Positions 32,808 through 40,845 of a DNA stretch of 64,000 bases are shown piece after piece; the stretch's first letter is position 1; every line of letters begins with the position of its first letter. The position numbers and the translations under genes were made by a program. The stretch lies in contig CAZMVB010000005.1 of assembly GCA_964569795.1 (NCBI GenBank), forward strand, positions 107,092-171,091, in the 5' to 3' direction. This DNA comes from an uncultured Desulfarculales bacterium (GTDB taxonomy: Bacteria > Desulfobacterota > Desulfarculia > Desulfarculales > JAHJDS01). The notes below the pieces were generated by a model. It was not told where the DNA came from. It made no database searches and saw nothing but the letters and a program-made list of their open reading frames with translations.

Positions 32808-33743
32808 CTAAAAATTAGATTTTTCAGCTTCTGGCTGGTCATCGGCTAGTATGCCCGCAGGTAGGTCGAGGAGCTTCGTGGCCAATAGAAGCTTCACGTT
32901 CTCCACCGCCGCTACGACTGATTTGAGATCATCGGACAGATGTCTTAAAACCACTTTGCGCTCATCCTCCCCCAACGCAGGAGGACCCCCCCAGTTCCGG
33001 AACAGCAGGTCCGAAGTTTCTCCAACAGCTCGAAGCTGGTTTCTCAAGCGGACAATGAGGTCGTTTTTTCGTTTCTGTTGCCTGGCGACGATCCGGTCTC
33101 GGCCGCCGTTCTCCGCCCACACGCGGGTAATCTGCGGGCCATCGTCCTGCGGGTGGGTCGCCTGACCATGGTCCCACCACTGACCCTCTCTGACTCTTTT
33201 GTAGTCACCTGGGAACCTCTCCGGCTCAATGCCCACTATCTTCTGATAGCGCAACACGAACTCATCAACCTCGATTTCGCCCGACCGGTATGTCTTGTAG
33301 ACCTCCATGATTTGCTTCTGGTAGGCCCGGAATTCATCGGGATTGTCCTTGACCAGGGCCACGATCTCCTTGGGGAGCTTCCTGACGTCCATCAACACCG
33401 TCAGGGGGTATCCTTCGATCAAGTCCCTATGATACTCAAGGGTCTTGCAGATTGAAACGTAAAGCCAGGCGGTCTGGTAGGACAAATCGCCCCCCCAGTG
33501 GTCCTGGATGAAACGCTTATACTGGCCGTGCGGCAAGATGGCTTTCGCCTCCAGCAACGCCGTCCCGATGTCGTAGATGTTGTGTTTTATCGCGCTCAGC
33601 CGGAGGTCAACCTTTTTTGTAATTCTGGCCAATTTCCGACACTTAGAAGGAAAAAACTCACCGCCGTCACTATACTTGTGGAATTTTTTTGGATCATACC
33701 TTTCCTGCTCCCTGGCAGCGACATCTGGCAGAATCGGTTCCAT
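32808..33743 (-). CDS. Hypothetical protein, DUF3102-like N-terminal region
   Basis: 311 aa with SD AGGAGGTG. IGTALLEAKAILPHGQYKRFIQ resembles DUF3102 of phage and plasmid proteins (from memory). Confidence 0.6.
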   Translation of the reverse strand: MEPILPDVAAREQERYDPKKFHKYSDGGEFFPSKCRKLARITKKVDLRLSAIKHNIYDIGTALLEAKAILPHGQYKRFIQDHWGGDLSYQTAWLYVSICKTLEYHRDLIEGYPLTVLMDVRKLPKEIVALVKDNPDEFRAYQKQIMEVYKTYRSGEIEVDEFVLRYQKIVGIEPERFPGDYKRVREGQWWDHGQATHPQDDGPQITRVWAENGGRDRIVARQQKRKNDLIVRLRNQLRAVGETSDLLFRNWGGPPALGEDERKVVLRHLSDDLKSVVAAVENVKLLLATKLLDLPAGILADDQPEAEKSNF

Positions 33744-33814
33744 ATCGCACCTCCTGTTCGTCTGTATCTACATCTATTTTAGCATGTATTTACAAAAGTC
33801 CTGAAAGATTGTCG

Positions 33815-33875
33815 GGCCCTGGGCAGGGGCTTGATCGAGATCGCCTCGCCACGGGCAAATGCTTAAGCCCCCGGC
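33815..33875. repeat. Element intergenic motif, copy 2
   Basis: CCCTGGGCAGGGGCTTGATCGAGATCGCCTCGCCACGGGCAAATGCTTAAGCCCCC. The left half matches copy 3 and the right half matches copy 1. Confidence 0.45.
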
Positions 33876-33900
33876 CCGGATTTGGTGGTGGGCTTCCGGT

Positions 33901-34476
33901 TCACAGGCACACTTGGTCTTCCACGGCGGCGATCTCATCGGCCGTGATTCCAATGTACCGCCGGGTGATGGCAGGGGAGGAATGGCCAAACTTGGCTTGG
34001 ATCAGTTCAATGGGGATTCCTTTCTGCCGGGCCTGGTAGCCCCAGGTTTTCCGGAGGGTGTGTGTGCCACACCGTTCCTTGACCCCCACGGCCTCGCACC
34101 AGGACTTCATCAATGCCCAGGCCCGGACCTTGTCCAGGGGCTTGTCCGATCGGAGTGACTTGAACAGCCATTGGTCGGCCTCGGGATACCCCACCTTATC
34201 GAAGTACCAGGTCAAGGCCTCCTTGGCGCTGTCGTTGATGGTGATCTTGGCGTCCCGGTTGGTCTTGCCCTCCCTGATGGTGAAGTGGGGCCTGACTTCA
34301 TATTGGGCATCGAGGACGTCCCCGACCTTCAACCGGAGGAGGTCACCAACCCGCAGGGCAAAATTGATCCCCAGGACAAACAGCAGGTAGTCCCTCGGGT
34401 GGCCCTTGGCCTTGAGCATCGACCTGATGGCCATGATCTTTTTTTCGTCTCTGATGGGTTCGACTGCATTGGACAT
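33901..34476 (-). CDS. Tyrosine recombinase (phage-integrase family), minimal 191 aa form
   Basis: ALRVGDLLRLKVGDV (Arg I region), THTLRKTWG (H-x-x-R) and GHSSPAITRRYIG (catalytic Tyr region). Start set at ATG 34476. Confidence 0.8.
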   Translation of the reverse strand: MSNAVEPIRDEKKIMAIRSMLKAKGHPRDYLLFVLGINFALRVGDLLRLKVGDVLDAQYEVRPHFTIREGKTNRDAKITINDSAKEALTWYFDKVGYPEADQWLFKSLRSDKPLDKVRAWALMKSWCEAVGVKERCGTHTLRKTWGYQARQKGIPIELIQAKFGHSSPAITRRYIGITADEIAAVEDQVCL

Positions 34477-34606
34477 CACGGCATCTCCACTTAATGTTTG
34501 ATCCAATTATAGAGGGTTATATTATGCAAATCAAGCATTTTTTTGCCCCGGTGACCGGCCATTTTGAGAAATGGCTTTAACATCAACCTGTTAATGATCT
34601 GGGCTT

Positions 34607-34636
34607 AACACAATAAAATGACAGTTTTATTGTGTT
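34607..34636. repeat. Perfect 12-bp inverted repeat
   Basis: AACACAATAAAA-TGACAG-TTTTATTGTGTT, about 130 nt upstream of the tyrosine recombinase start. Confidence 0.7.
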
Positions 34637-34674
34637 GGTGGTTGGTGGGGGTGCCAGTTAGGTAAAACCACACA

Positions 34675-34725
34675 CCCTGGACAGGGGCTTGATCGAGAAC
34701 TCACCGCCACGGGCCTGTCATGCCG
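34675..34725. repeat. Element intergenic motif, copy 3
   Basis: CCCTGGACAGGGGCTTGATCGAGAACTCACCGCCACGGGCC matches copy 2 over about 40 nt. Confidence 0.45.
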
Positions 34726-34954
34726 AAAAAATGGGCCACCCCAGACCATGATGTCCAAGTGATCCAGGGTGGCCCCGCCGCTCAGCCTATCCCCTCTTAA
34801 CCTTGGTGGAGGAAACCAAGGCGGCCTCGGGCATGGAGGTAAATTTTGGGTTGGCCCCTGGCGCCTCGGGGGCCACACCAACGGACAACCAGACCAGGGG
34901 GAAGCCATCTCGGCCTCTGCTGAAGGGGCGGTCCCTGGCCCGGTTGACCTTGAT

Positions 34955-35695
34955 TCACACTTTGACCTTTTCAGAGAAGTTGCCTCTGGCCTTCCTCAAG
35001 GGGGGTGGTGGTGCCGCTTCCGGGTAGGCCTTCCACACGTCCTCCCTGGTGATCCCGAAGTGCTGACGGAGTTCTTCATCGGTCATGGCAATGGCAGTCC
35101 TGGGGATCCTGTCCCGCAAGGTCATCCTGGCCACGTTTTTTTGTGTGACCTGGTCCTTGGCCACCTTCACGGCCATGGGGGCCTTGCCAGAGCGGATGTC
35201 CGTCTGCGTGATGGTCAACAGTGACCAGTCCGGCAACTTGGGGTCATGGGCAGGAAGTTCGTCCTGGCCGGTCTCTATCTTTTTGGCCCTGGCCCACAGC
35301 TTGCCGATCTTGGCGTGGTCGTGGCACTTGACCTCTGCCGCCTTGATGAGGTCGATGTAGTGGGCCTGGGCGTCGGCCACCTGGGCCATGATGTCATTGA
35401 ACTCCTGCCGTAGCTGGGCTTGGGCTTCCTCTGCCTCGGCAAGGGCGGCCTGGACCAAAGGCGCGGGAGTGATGGCATCGAGGGCCGCTTGTTGATCGGC
35501 CAGCCACCCTTTCCTTTCCTCGATCAACTTTTCTGCCTTGGCCCGTCGTTTGGGATCGGACATCAGGTCAGCCGCTTTGATCTCCTTTTCCAAGACCTCG
35601 ATCTCGGACCTGGTGTCAGCCATCAGTCTTTCATAGGCCCGGCGCTCGGCTTTTTCGTTCGCCTGGAACTTCTCCAGGGCGTCAAATGATTTCAT
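34955..35695 (-). CDS. Hypothetical coiled-coil protein (246 aa)
   Basis: SD GGGAGG. The start overlaps the upstream stop (ATGA). The N-terminal half is rich in A/E/K/Q heptad-like sequence. Confidence 0.7.
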   Translation of the reverse strand: MKSFDALEKFQANEKAERRAYERLMADTRSEIEVLEKEIKAADLMSDPKRRAKAEKLIEERKGWLADQQAALDAITPAPLVQAALAEAEEAQAQLRQEFNDIMAQVADAQAHYIDLIKAAEVKCHDHAKIGKLWARAKKIETGQDELPAHDPKLPDWSLLTITQTDIRSGKAPMAVKVAKDQVTQKNVARMTLRDRIPRTAIAMTDEELRQHFGITREDVWKAYPEAAPPPPLRKARGNFSEKVKV

Positions 35696-35982
35696 TCCTG
35701 GCCTCCCTCATCCTTGTCGGGCTTGGGCCAGAGAGAAGGACTGTTGGGGTACATGGCAGCAATGCCACCACGGGCCTGGCCGGCGCGGACCTTGGCATCT
35801 TGAGCGGCCTTCTGCCGGGCTGAGGCTTGATACCAATCCGTCTCAGGTGGGTTGGTCTGCTGGCGGTCATGTTCTGCCAGGCCGTCCATGACACCCTTCT
35901 TGACGGATTCGGCCATGGGGTCAACTTCCTGATCGGCCACGGCCCGTTCTTCTGGTGTCTGATTCTGATTGTCGTCGGTCAT
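35692..35982 (-). CDS. Hypothetical protein (96 aa)
   Basis: SD AAGGAGAA. Translationally coupled to the downstream gene. Confidence 0.6.
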   Translation of the reverse strand: MTDDNQNQTPEERAVADQEVDPMAESVKKGVMDGLAEHDRQQTNPPETDWYQASARQKAAQDAKVRAGQARGGIAAMYPNSPSLWPKPDKDEGGQE

Positions 35983-36090
35983 CGTTTCTCCTTGCCGCTG
36001 TCCACACTAAGCGCCACTAAGGGCCTTCAAACTTAGTTTCTATTAGGGCCTTTTTTTGGTGGTTTCACTACTTGTCATTTGACGGTTTGC

Positions 36091-36378
36091 CTATTGGCAA
36101 TTCACTGCCTTGCTGAAAAGTGGATCGTGATATGCCCGCAGTCCATTGGGCAGGCGTCCCTTCTTGCCCACTGTCTTCTTGTAGATGTGCGCGTTGTGGC
36201 GCTCCACTAACCACTTGGCCACAGCCCGCTCAAGTTCATATTGCCCAGTGGCCAGGGTGGCCGTCTGCAGGTCGGCGGTGATCCTCACTCCTATGTGCTG
36301 AAACGGGGGTGGAGTGACCACTTCATGGCCCCGTTGCAGGTACCGGCCAGGTATGCCGTGGACAGTGAACCTAAACAT
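36091..36378 (-). CDS. Hypothetical protein (95 aa)
   Basis: SD AAGGAG 9 nt before the ATG. No family recognised. Confidence 0.55.
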   Translation of the reverse strand: MFRFTVHGIPGRYLQRGHEVVTPPPFQHIGVRITADLQTATLATGQYELERAVAKWLVERHNAHIYKKTVGKKGRLPNGLRAYHDPLFSKAVNCQ

Positions 36379-36757
36379 GATAAGGTACTCCTTCGGGGAT
36401 GCAGCCTTGGGTCAGGAAGGATTGGTTTGCTCGGCCAGGCCAGATCGAAGCTAACATCTCCTGCCCAACCTCTCCTGATTCTTCCTGGCCAAGGGTGGTC
36501 CCTGCGGGACCACCTTGTTGCTTAGTAAAATAAGTCTCTGGGGAGGGATCAAGCTGAGCAAAGCAAGGCTTCCTGACCCAAGGCTTATTCTTAATAAGCA
36601 ACAGGATCATAAAATGATCATATCTACCTGAATTATTTTTGGCAAATTTTGATTGTAAAATCAACGCAGTACATTTTAAAGCATGATCATTGACTATCTG
36701 TAACCTGTTGATTTTAGGAAAGTGGATCATAATTCTACGGCCGAATCAAAAATGATG

Positions 36758-37549
36758 TCATTTTTGACTCCGTCCCCTTCCTTGTTGCAGGTTGAAGCTG
36801 GCCAACTTCCGTCGCCACTCGGGCGTGTCACTAACAAAAGACACGCGATTGAATTTGCTCCCCTCATAGCCCACCCGAGTCCCGATGGCATAGATGTAGC
36901 CGGAGTGCGGGCCTGGCTTGACCACCTTTTCGAGGATGCCGAGATCGACGCAGGCCCTGATGTATTTCGTGACCATCCCTGGTGACAGCCCCAGCCTTTT
37001 TGCTGCATCCTGGTTGTCGATCTGGAGCAGCATAAGGTCCCGCCGGTCGGTCTGGCCTTTGCGCTCCCCCGATTTGACCGGGACCGGTCTTGATCGACGA
37101 TGCTCTGGCAGGGGGGCTGCCAATCTATCGGACTCCTCCTTGTTGGCAGTGTTGGCAGTGGTTTCCCAGAGGTAGTTGTAGAAGTCAGCCAGCCGAGTGC
37201 GCCTGAACACCTTACTGTCCCTGATCCCTGGGTCCGACGCCATCCATCTCCGCGGCCACCCCCCCTGTCGTGGAGCCAGCTCGGCCTGATATTCGTTCTT
37301 GATGTCCGCGATCCATTCCTCCACGAATGAGACGTAGGGCTTAACCACGTCCCGTCTGGCCTTGAGTACCTCCTTGTCCATGGCCTTGCTGTCAGGGGGG
37401 AGCAAATGCGGGTGCTCGCCCGCATCGACCTCGGCGCGAAGTTGGTCTTCAGCCCCCTGGACTTCTTCGCCGATTCTCCACTTGATCGCACGAAGTTGCT
37501 TCTGGAGTATTTGGTATCGAGGGTGTAGGTCATCCGCTTTTTTCGTCAT
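36758..37549 (-). CDS. Hypothetical protein with a C-terminal winged-helix-like segment (263 aa)
   Basis: SD ACGGAGG. DAAKRLGLSPGMVTKYIRACVDLGILEKV resembles an HTH. It is the first gene of the element on the minus strand. Confidence 0.65.
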   Translation of the reverse strand: MTKKADDLHPRYQILQKQLRAIKWRIGEEVQGAEDQLRAEVDAGEHPHLLPPDSKAMDKEVLKARRDVVKPYVSFVEEWIADIKNEYQAELAPRQGGWPRRWMASDPGIRDSKVFRRTRLADFYNYLWETTANTANKEESDRLAAPLPEHRRSRPVPVKSGERKGQTDRRDLMLLQIDNQDAAKRLGLSPGMVTKYIRACVDLGILEKVVKPGPHSGYIYAIGTRVGYEGSKFNRVSFVSDTPEWRRKLASFNLQQGRGRSQK

Positions 37550-37688
37550 CGCCTTGGCCTCCGTTCTGGCCGTGAATCCTGGGCTCGGGGCTGGGTGAAC
37601 GGCCCCAGCCCCTCAACCGCCTGGCCAGACGGTGCCCAGGAATTTGAAGGTTCAGGTTTGAATTTAGCATCTGGAAGCCTCCCGCCCC

Positions 37689-37717
37689 TTGTGTTTCCAC
37701 GGGCGCCTGGCTACAAT
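37689..37717 (+). promoter_or_regulatory. Candidate outward-facing sigma70 promoter at the right end of the element
   Basis: TTGTGT-N17-TACAAT, 33 nt upstream of ATG 37750, which opens the chimeric ORF running into the yjbQ 3' part. An AAGGGA SD-like sequence lies in between. Confidence 0.35.
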
Positions 37718-37773
37718 TTCACCACGCAGTTTGAAGGGAATGATTTTACATGCAGAACTTTGTGTGTTTGGTA

Positions 37774-38070
37774 AACGCCATGCACATTACGGCATCGGTA
37801 TTCATCAACGACGACGAGTCGGGCCTGCATCACGACTACGAGAAGTGGCTCGAAGGCCTGGCCCCTCACGCCCCGGTGAGCCAGTACCAGCACAACCGGA
37901 CCGGCGAGGACAACGCCGACGCCCATCTCAAGCGGCAAGTGATGGGCCGGGAGGTGGTGGTGGCCGTGACCGACGGCCGCCTGGACTTCGGCACCTGGGA
38001 GCAAATCTTCTACGGCGAGTTCGACGGCCGCCGCCGCAAGCGGGTCCTGGTCAAGATCATCGGGGAGTAA
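37774..38070 (+). pseudogene. yjbQ: yjbQ (UPF0047) 3' part, 98 codons
   Basis: [17 protein letters not shown]...[53 protein letters not shown] aligns with the C-terminal two thirds of E. coli YjbQ (from memory). It is preceded by 8 element-derived codons starting at ATG 37750. Confidence 0.8.
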
Positions 38071-38091
38071 CGATCCTTTGGGGGGGACGCA

Positions 38092-38949
38092 ATGGAGTTA
38101 GTTAAGCCCGAACGCATTTGGGTAAAAGACCACCCTTCCCTTAACGAAAAGTGGGTCCAGTCTATAATCGAGGACGACCCTTCAATCCTTGGCTTGGGTG
38201 AGCTTGATTTCAGGGACAAAGAACGCCGTCATCCTCGGGCTGGCCGGCTGGACTTGTTATTGGAAGACTCTGAGGCCAATCGCCGATATGAAGTTGAAAT
38301 TCAACTTGGGGCAACGAATGAAAGTCACATAATTCGAACTATAGAGTATTGGGACATCGAACGTAAAAGGTATCCACAATATGACCACTGCGCAGTCATT
38401 GTAGCCGAAGACATTACTAGCCGGTTCTTGAACGTAATTGGTCTGTTTAACGGATTCATTCCAATCGTTGCCATTCAATTTCAAGCTATGATGTTCAATG
38501 ACAAAATTGCCCTGATTTTTACAACAGTCTTAGACGAAATGACTTTGGGTGAAGATGAAGGAAACGGACCTCTGCCGAGAGTCGACAGGGGTTATTGGGA
38601 AACAAAACGGGGCACCAAAGAAACCGTTGCGCTAGCTGACGGAATTCTTGATTTAATCCATTCATTTTCTCCCGAATACGAACTAAATTATAACAAATAC
38701 TACATAGGACTTGTAAAGCAGGGGCAACCAAACAACTTTGTAATTGTCAAGCCAAAGAAAAAATATGCAGTAGTCGAAATTAAACTGGCCAAGACAGATG
38801 AAGTTAATGGCCAGTTGGAAGACAGTGATCTGGACGTGATCGATCATCATAAAAGTGGGAGATGGAGAATCAGGCTGAAAAAGAAAGATATTCTCGCAAA
38901 CAAGGAGTTGTTAACTGAATTGTTAAAAAAAGCCTCCAATGAATTTTGA
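38092..38949 (+). CDS. NucS/DUF91-like PD-(D/E)xK fold protein (hypothetical), AT-rich
   Basis: 285 aa. GRLDLLLEDSEANRRYEVEIQLG resembles a D...E.(K/Q) nuclease core. The IIRTIEYWDIERKRYPQYDH block is known to me from widespread uncharacterised homologs. Confidence 0.65.
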   Translation: MELVKPERIWVKDHPSLNEKWVQSIIEDDPSILGLGELDFRDKERRHPRAGRLDLLLEDSEANRRYEVEIQLGATNESHIIRTIEYWDIERKRYPQYDHCAVIVAEDITSRFLNVIGLFNGFIPIVAIQFQAMMFNDKIALIFTTVLDEMTLGEDEGNGPLPRVDRGYWETKRGTKETVALADGILDLIHSFSPEYELNYNKYYIGLVKQGQPNNFVIVKPKKKYAVVEIKLAKTDEVNGQLEDSDLDVIDHHKSGRWRIRLKKKDILANKELLTELLKKASNEF

Positions 38950-39131
38950 TAATAGAAACTGGACCGGGGCTAATGGGCGTTGTATTGTCGAGAGCGTAAA
39001 ATCAAGTTATATCGTCATAAGGCCAGACATTAACTTTCCATAAAAAGTTATGATTCCACAAAAGCCCCACCATCATCCATCACGGAAGGCGAAAAGTCAA
39101 TAGGGGGTATCGAGGCGGTTGGGATTTCTCC

Positions 39132-40421
39132 TCATGGTTTAGCCCTGGATAACAGTTCATGTATGTGCCTACTAGATATCGCAAAGTTTAAATTCTGACC
39201 TGTCTTAATTGACAATGTTACTATACCAATAACCTTACCCCCATAATTCAATAATGGGCTCCCGCTTGACCCTTGCGATATGGGGGCCGTGAACTGAATG
39301 AGATATCCATATTTTTTAACCTTTCTAACTCCGGAAACAATTCCATTTGATACTGTATGATATAATAATCCTAAAGGGCTTCCTATAACCACAATAGGTT
39401 CTCCCACTTGAGGTAGTCTATTTGATAATCTTAGATGATGGAATATGTAGCCTTTATGCCCAAGATGCAGGATTGCTATATCATGTGGTATAGAAAATGC
39501 GACTACCCTGGATATTTTAAATAATTTTCCATTATAGTCACGGATAAATAGCGAAGTCGCTTTCGCTATAACATGATAGTTTGTCACTATTAATTGCTTT
39601 CCTTTAATAAAAAATCCGCTGCCTGCCTTTCTGCGTCTTGATTTAAAGACCGCGTACACTGTGACTATGGACCGTTGCACCTTTTTGATCAAATTTGGGA
39701 GTGACCTTGTGGTATCGCTTGACCCCACATCACGGCGATTATAACTAGACCTACTTTTAAGATATAGCCTGGGTTTGTACCGTTTCCACCTCTGGCCCGT
39801 GGTCACTGCAGTCACGAATTTGGCAAAATGTATGCCAGTAACTTTTTTCAAGTCGGCGAAAAAATGAGCCTCCACCACCACAATTCGTTTCCTGAGATAA
39901 CTACGCACTTTTTCAGGCATACAATTAATCAACATTTCTGCAAATCTAATGTACCGCAGACTCCTCCAAAATAAACCTGTAGCTTGTCTATATTTCTTCT
40001 CTTTAAAATTTCTCGCTCCATATTTAAACATTACCTGTGCGAGTCTAACCATGTCTCCAATAAAACTATCATAAACTATTGTAAACCTTTTTACCTGCTT
40101 TGGCCCCGCAATATTTTCTGCCTTTATTAAAAGGGCTAAGCTGCTCTTCAGTCGCCGATAGCTTGCTTTGGGATGCCCATTCCAATAAAGTATTTGGCCT
40201 TTCCTGAATTCTTGTCGAGCCTTTTTAACCAACTTGATAGCGGAATCGGGTCTAGAGGTGGATGCAAAAGAAATGGCAGGCATTGAAAATGTAAATAGTA
40301 ATATTACTAACAAGTTTGCAAGAAACCATATGTATGGGGACTCCCGAAACTGCAAATTTTCAACTGATTTCTTCTGACGTTCAGGTGCTTGAATCGGAAC
40401 CAAATAGCGGAAGAACTTCAC
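39132..40421 (-). CDS. Trypsin-like serine protease (S1C-like) with an N-terminal membrane anchor and helical region, AT-rich
   Basis: Catalytic triad contexts TNYHVI, DIAILHL and GSSGSPLL. Hydrophobic helix IWFLANLLVILLFTF. Confidence 0.8.
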   Translation of the reverse strand: MKFFRYLVPIQAPERQKKSVENLQFRESPYIWFLANLLVILLFTFSMPAISFASTSRPDSAIKLVKKARQEFRKGQILYWNGHPKASYRRLKSSLALLIKAENIAGPKQVKRFTIVYDSFIGDMVRLAQVMFKYGARNFKEKKYRQATGLFWRSLRYIRFAEMLINCMPEKVRSYLRKRIVVVEAHFFADLKKVTGIHFAKFVTAVTTGQRWKRYKPRLYLKSRSSYNRRDVGSSDTTRSLPNLIKKVQRSIVTVYAVFKSRRRKAGSGFFIKGKQLIVTNYHVIAKATSLFIRDYNGKLFKISRVVAFSIPHDIAILHLGHKGYIFHHLRLSNRLPQVGEPIVVIGSPLGLLYHTVSNGIVSGVRKVKKYGYLIQFTAPISQGSSGSPLLNYGGKVIGIVTLSIKTGQNLNFAISSRHIHELLSRAKP

Positions 40422-40595
40422 AAGGCCCCCCTGTATCGATCTTTATAGTATAACTCAAACTGGCCGAATTAGGAAGCCTGGCCGTGCGTGGTTTACAAGC
40501 GGCTGATCAATAATAACTTTTCCGTAGAAGTTAAGAATTTATATTGGATATTCACGAACTTGCGATTGAAAAGCTGGACTAGCCCCTCACCCCTT

Positions 40596-40622
40596 CCCTC
40601 TCCCCACCCGGTGGGGAGAGGG
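40596..40622. repeat. REP-like GC hairpin, copy 1
   Basis: CCCTCTCCCCAC-CCG-GTGGGGAGAGGG, a perfect 12-bp stem, preceded by CCCCTCACCCC. Confidence 0.7.
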
Positions 40623-40845
40623 AGACGTTCGGCCGGCCGCCGGAGTCGCCTTGCGGCCCGGCAGTCTGGGGCGCGGCTCAACCCTGGAGTTTATATACTG
40701 CGAAGCCGGAATGAAATGGAGGCGGCAAGCGCGAACGAGGAGTTGGCCAAGCACCAATCGGTTATCGCGAGTCAAGAGGCGCCCACTGGCGCCCGGTCAC
40801 CCCCCTTCCGGGGGGTGACCGCTTTGGTGCCAGTGCCGGCTCGCG

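Larger units (their letters stand above)
30584..37772. mobile_element. ~7.2 kb integrative element inserted in yjbQ, bounded by attL/attR sharing a TGGT core
   Basis: The split gene halves join in frame. A large serine recombinase gene abuts the left junction. The junction sequences are GTGCC-TGGT-CAAG and GTGTT-TGGT-AAAC. All eight element genes lie on the minus strand. Confidence 0.8.

Noticed and set aside
36371-36730. A 119-aa track ORF covering the AT-rich spacer of the element.
   Set aside because: It has no SD. It overlaps the start of 36091-36378 and runs through the palindrome cluster. Its sequence looks like translated AT-rich non-coding DNA.
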